The notes below the pieces were generated by a model. It did no database searches. It was not told the DNA's origin and worked only from the letters and a program-made list of their open reading frames with translations. The translations under genes and the position numbers were made by a program. 64,000 nucleotides of DNA. Origin: Callorhinchus milii. Lineage: Eukaryota. The stretch covers positions 76,820,001 to 76,884,000 of the forward strand of contig NW_024704743.1 of NCBI RefSeq assembly GCF_018977255.1. Direction: 5' to 3'. This document shows, piece by piece, positions 62,227 through 64,000 of the stretch (the stretch's first letter is position 1; each line of letters begins with the position of its first letter).

Positions 62227-63007
62227 AGTTGTTTTAATCAACATACCAATGGTGCATTTTTGACCTATAAGAAAAAACATTGTAGTAATTGTACACGTTC
62301 TACCTGTCTTTGGATTGGTTTTATTTAAGTCTGCAACTGCCATTTTCAAATTTAGACAATTCTGATGTAGCCCACATTGAGGTGGTACATTTGGATTAAA
62401 ATTACTGGACACTCCTTCTTAGTGCAATTTCAAAGTTTAACAATATTTTAACAAAAATACATCAAGAGAACCTGCCACCAATCCATGAATGGGATTGAAT
62501 TTAGGAGGAAGCTGAAAGGGACCTTTGGTTTTCAGCTGACTCATTTTTCACCGTGTCCAAATAGAGTGCATAGCAATAAACAAGCAGGACAAGCAAACTG
62601 GGCTATATTGCCAAATCGGTTCAATTTAAATCCCCATAAATCATGCTCAAACTGTACAACTTTGGTCAAACCTCATTTGAATTTCTGTGACATCCCAAAT
62701 ACATTAAATTGCAGTAATTGAGTGTTTTGTGGGCGAATGCAATACATGAGGTTTTGTCAGGATTAAAGACCTATCTTTTTCTACATTCACTGTCCAGTTC
62801 CTTAATTCAAAAACATGGGTCATGTTTCGTCTCCATATTTTTCCATTAAGAGTAAATTTGGTTGCCTGCATGCCACAGTGACCTAAATCCTAGACTCATT
62901 ATTGTCTGTTTATCAGTCTTTTTTTCTTTATTCCAAGATATAATTTCAGACATACATTATGTAATACATATTTATTGAACGTGGCATTTCATAGAAAAGT
63001 CTTCTTG

Positions 63008-63348
63008 CCCATGGCCTTGTCCCCTCCTACATCTCCAACCTGCTGACCCCTTATCAACCTGTCCGCTCCCTCTGCTCAGCAGGCCTGCTGCATGGCCCCC
63101 ACCCAGCCCGCTCCACCATCGGAGGTCGGGCCTGCCCCCTCTGGAACTTCATCCCACACTTCCTTCGCCTCACTCTCTGCTTCCTTCAAGCACTCCTCCA
63201 GATCTCCTCTTCGAACGTGCCTTCATCCACCCTCCTACCCTCTGTTCCCTGCCCCCCCCCCCCCTCCCCGGTCCTAAGCCCTGACTGTTCAGAGCCTTGG
63301 GACGTTCTCCCAATGTGAAAGGTGCTTTACAAATGTAATTTTGTATTA
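63008..63348 (+). mobile_element. L2 3' fragment
   Basis: ccatggccttgtcccctcctac...ttgggacgttctcccaatgtgaaaggtgc. Confidence 0.85.
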
Positions 63349-64000
63349 TATATAGGTCTCCCGTTGCCATTCATTCTTTATTGAGCAAGATCTATGATCT
63401 GTATGGATCAGTGAACTTTCAAATCAGTGCTCCATTGTAAGCTCCAAATCAATCATCCAATGTTGAAAATGGATAATTGAATAGTTTTCTATTGCAGAAG
63501 AGTTATAGCATGTTTTCCATTAAAACTATGTGGCAAAGTGTACATTATTTCCTTATAACAAATGGAAATTACAAATAGACGATAGGAAGCAAAACTGGCT
63601 GAACAGTGGGAAGGATATAATCAGTTAATTGGATCCAGGTGATGTGAACAGGTCTTTGTATGGATAATCTATCATTTTGCATCAGTGATTTGCTGTGCAT
63701 TGTGTTTACATTATTGAAATACTGGGATGAGCTCCACAAGCTAATTTCCTTGTTTCAACTGTGCTATCATGGAGTGTGAAACTTGTCTACAGGGAAAAAG
63801 CAAAAATATCAAGTTTGAGTTAACCTAATCTTCTGTCAGGCTGTCTCATAGGAGACTCATCTACTTGGGCATAAAACGTACTATAAAAAATGTCTTTTCC
63901 ATTTTCCACTTGAGACAATCTATATCTGGCTTGGTTGGAAAGACATTTGTGAAGATGAACAATGACAAAGCTTCACCACTTTATTCACAAAATTTTTATT

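Overview
Eukaryotic genomic DNA, most likely from a cartilaginous fish and possibly a holocephalan (inferred from repeat content only). The window holds the last 12 coding exons of BMPER/crossveinless-2 on the + strand (2672-60839). By exon size and phase they match exons 4-15 of the human gene as I recall it, and encode VWC repeats, a GDPH-containing vWD domain and a C-terminal TIL domain. All splice sites are GT-AG and the spliced frame is open (1733 nt including the stop). Introns are rich in L2 and CR1 LINE fragments, tRNA-headed Deu-type SINEs, fold-back MITE-like elements and a 31-bp minisatellite. One CR1 (about 38495-42660, antisense) is near full length. I see no prokaryotic-type system or CRISPR array and cannot claim a new biological system. 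The best leads are: (1) the CR1 ORF1/ORF2 junction, with an in-phase U_UUA_AAC slippery heptamer and no usable AUG for ORF2; (2) a degenerate SGNH esterase active site in CR1 ORF1; (3) a 61-bp locally templated insertion copied across exon 14; (4) a CpG-rich candidate poison exon or regulatory element in intron 6; (5) an RRTR to RRTY change in the BMPER vWD basic patch. Repeat boundaries were read by eye and are approximate.
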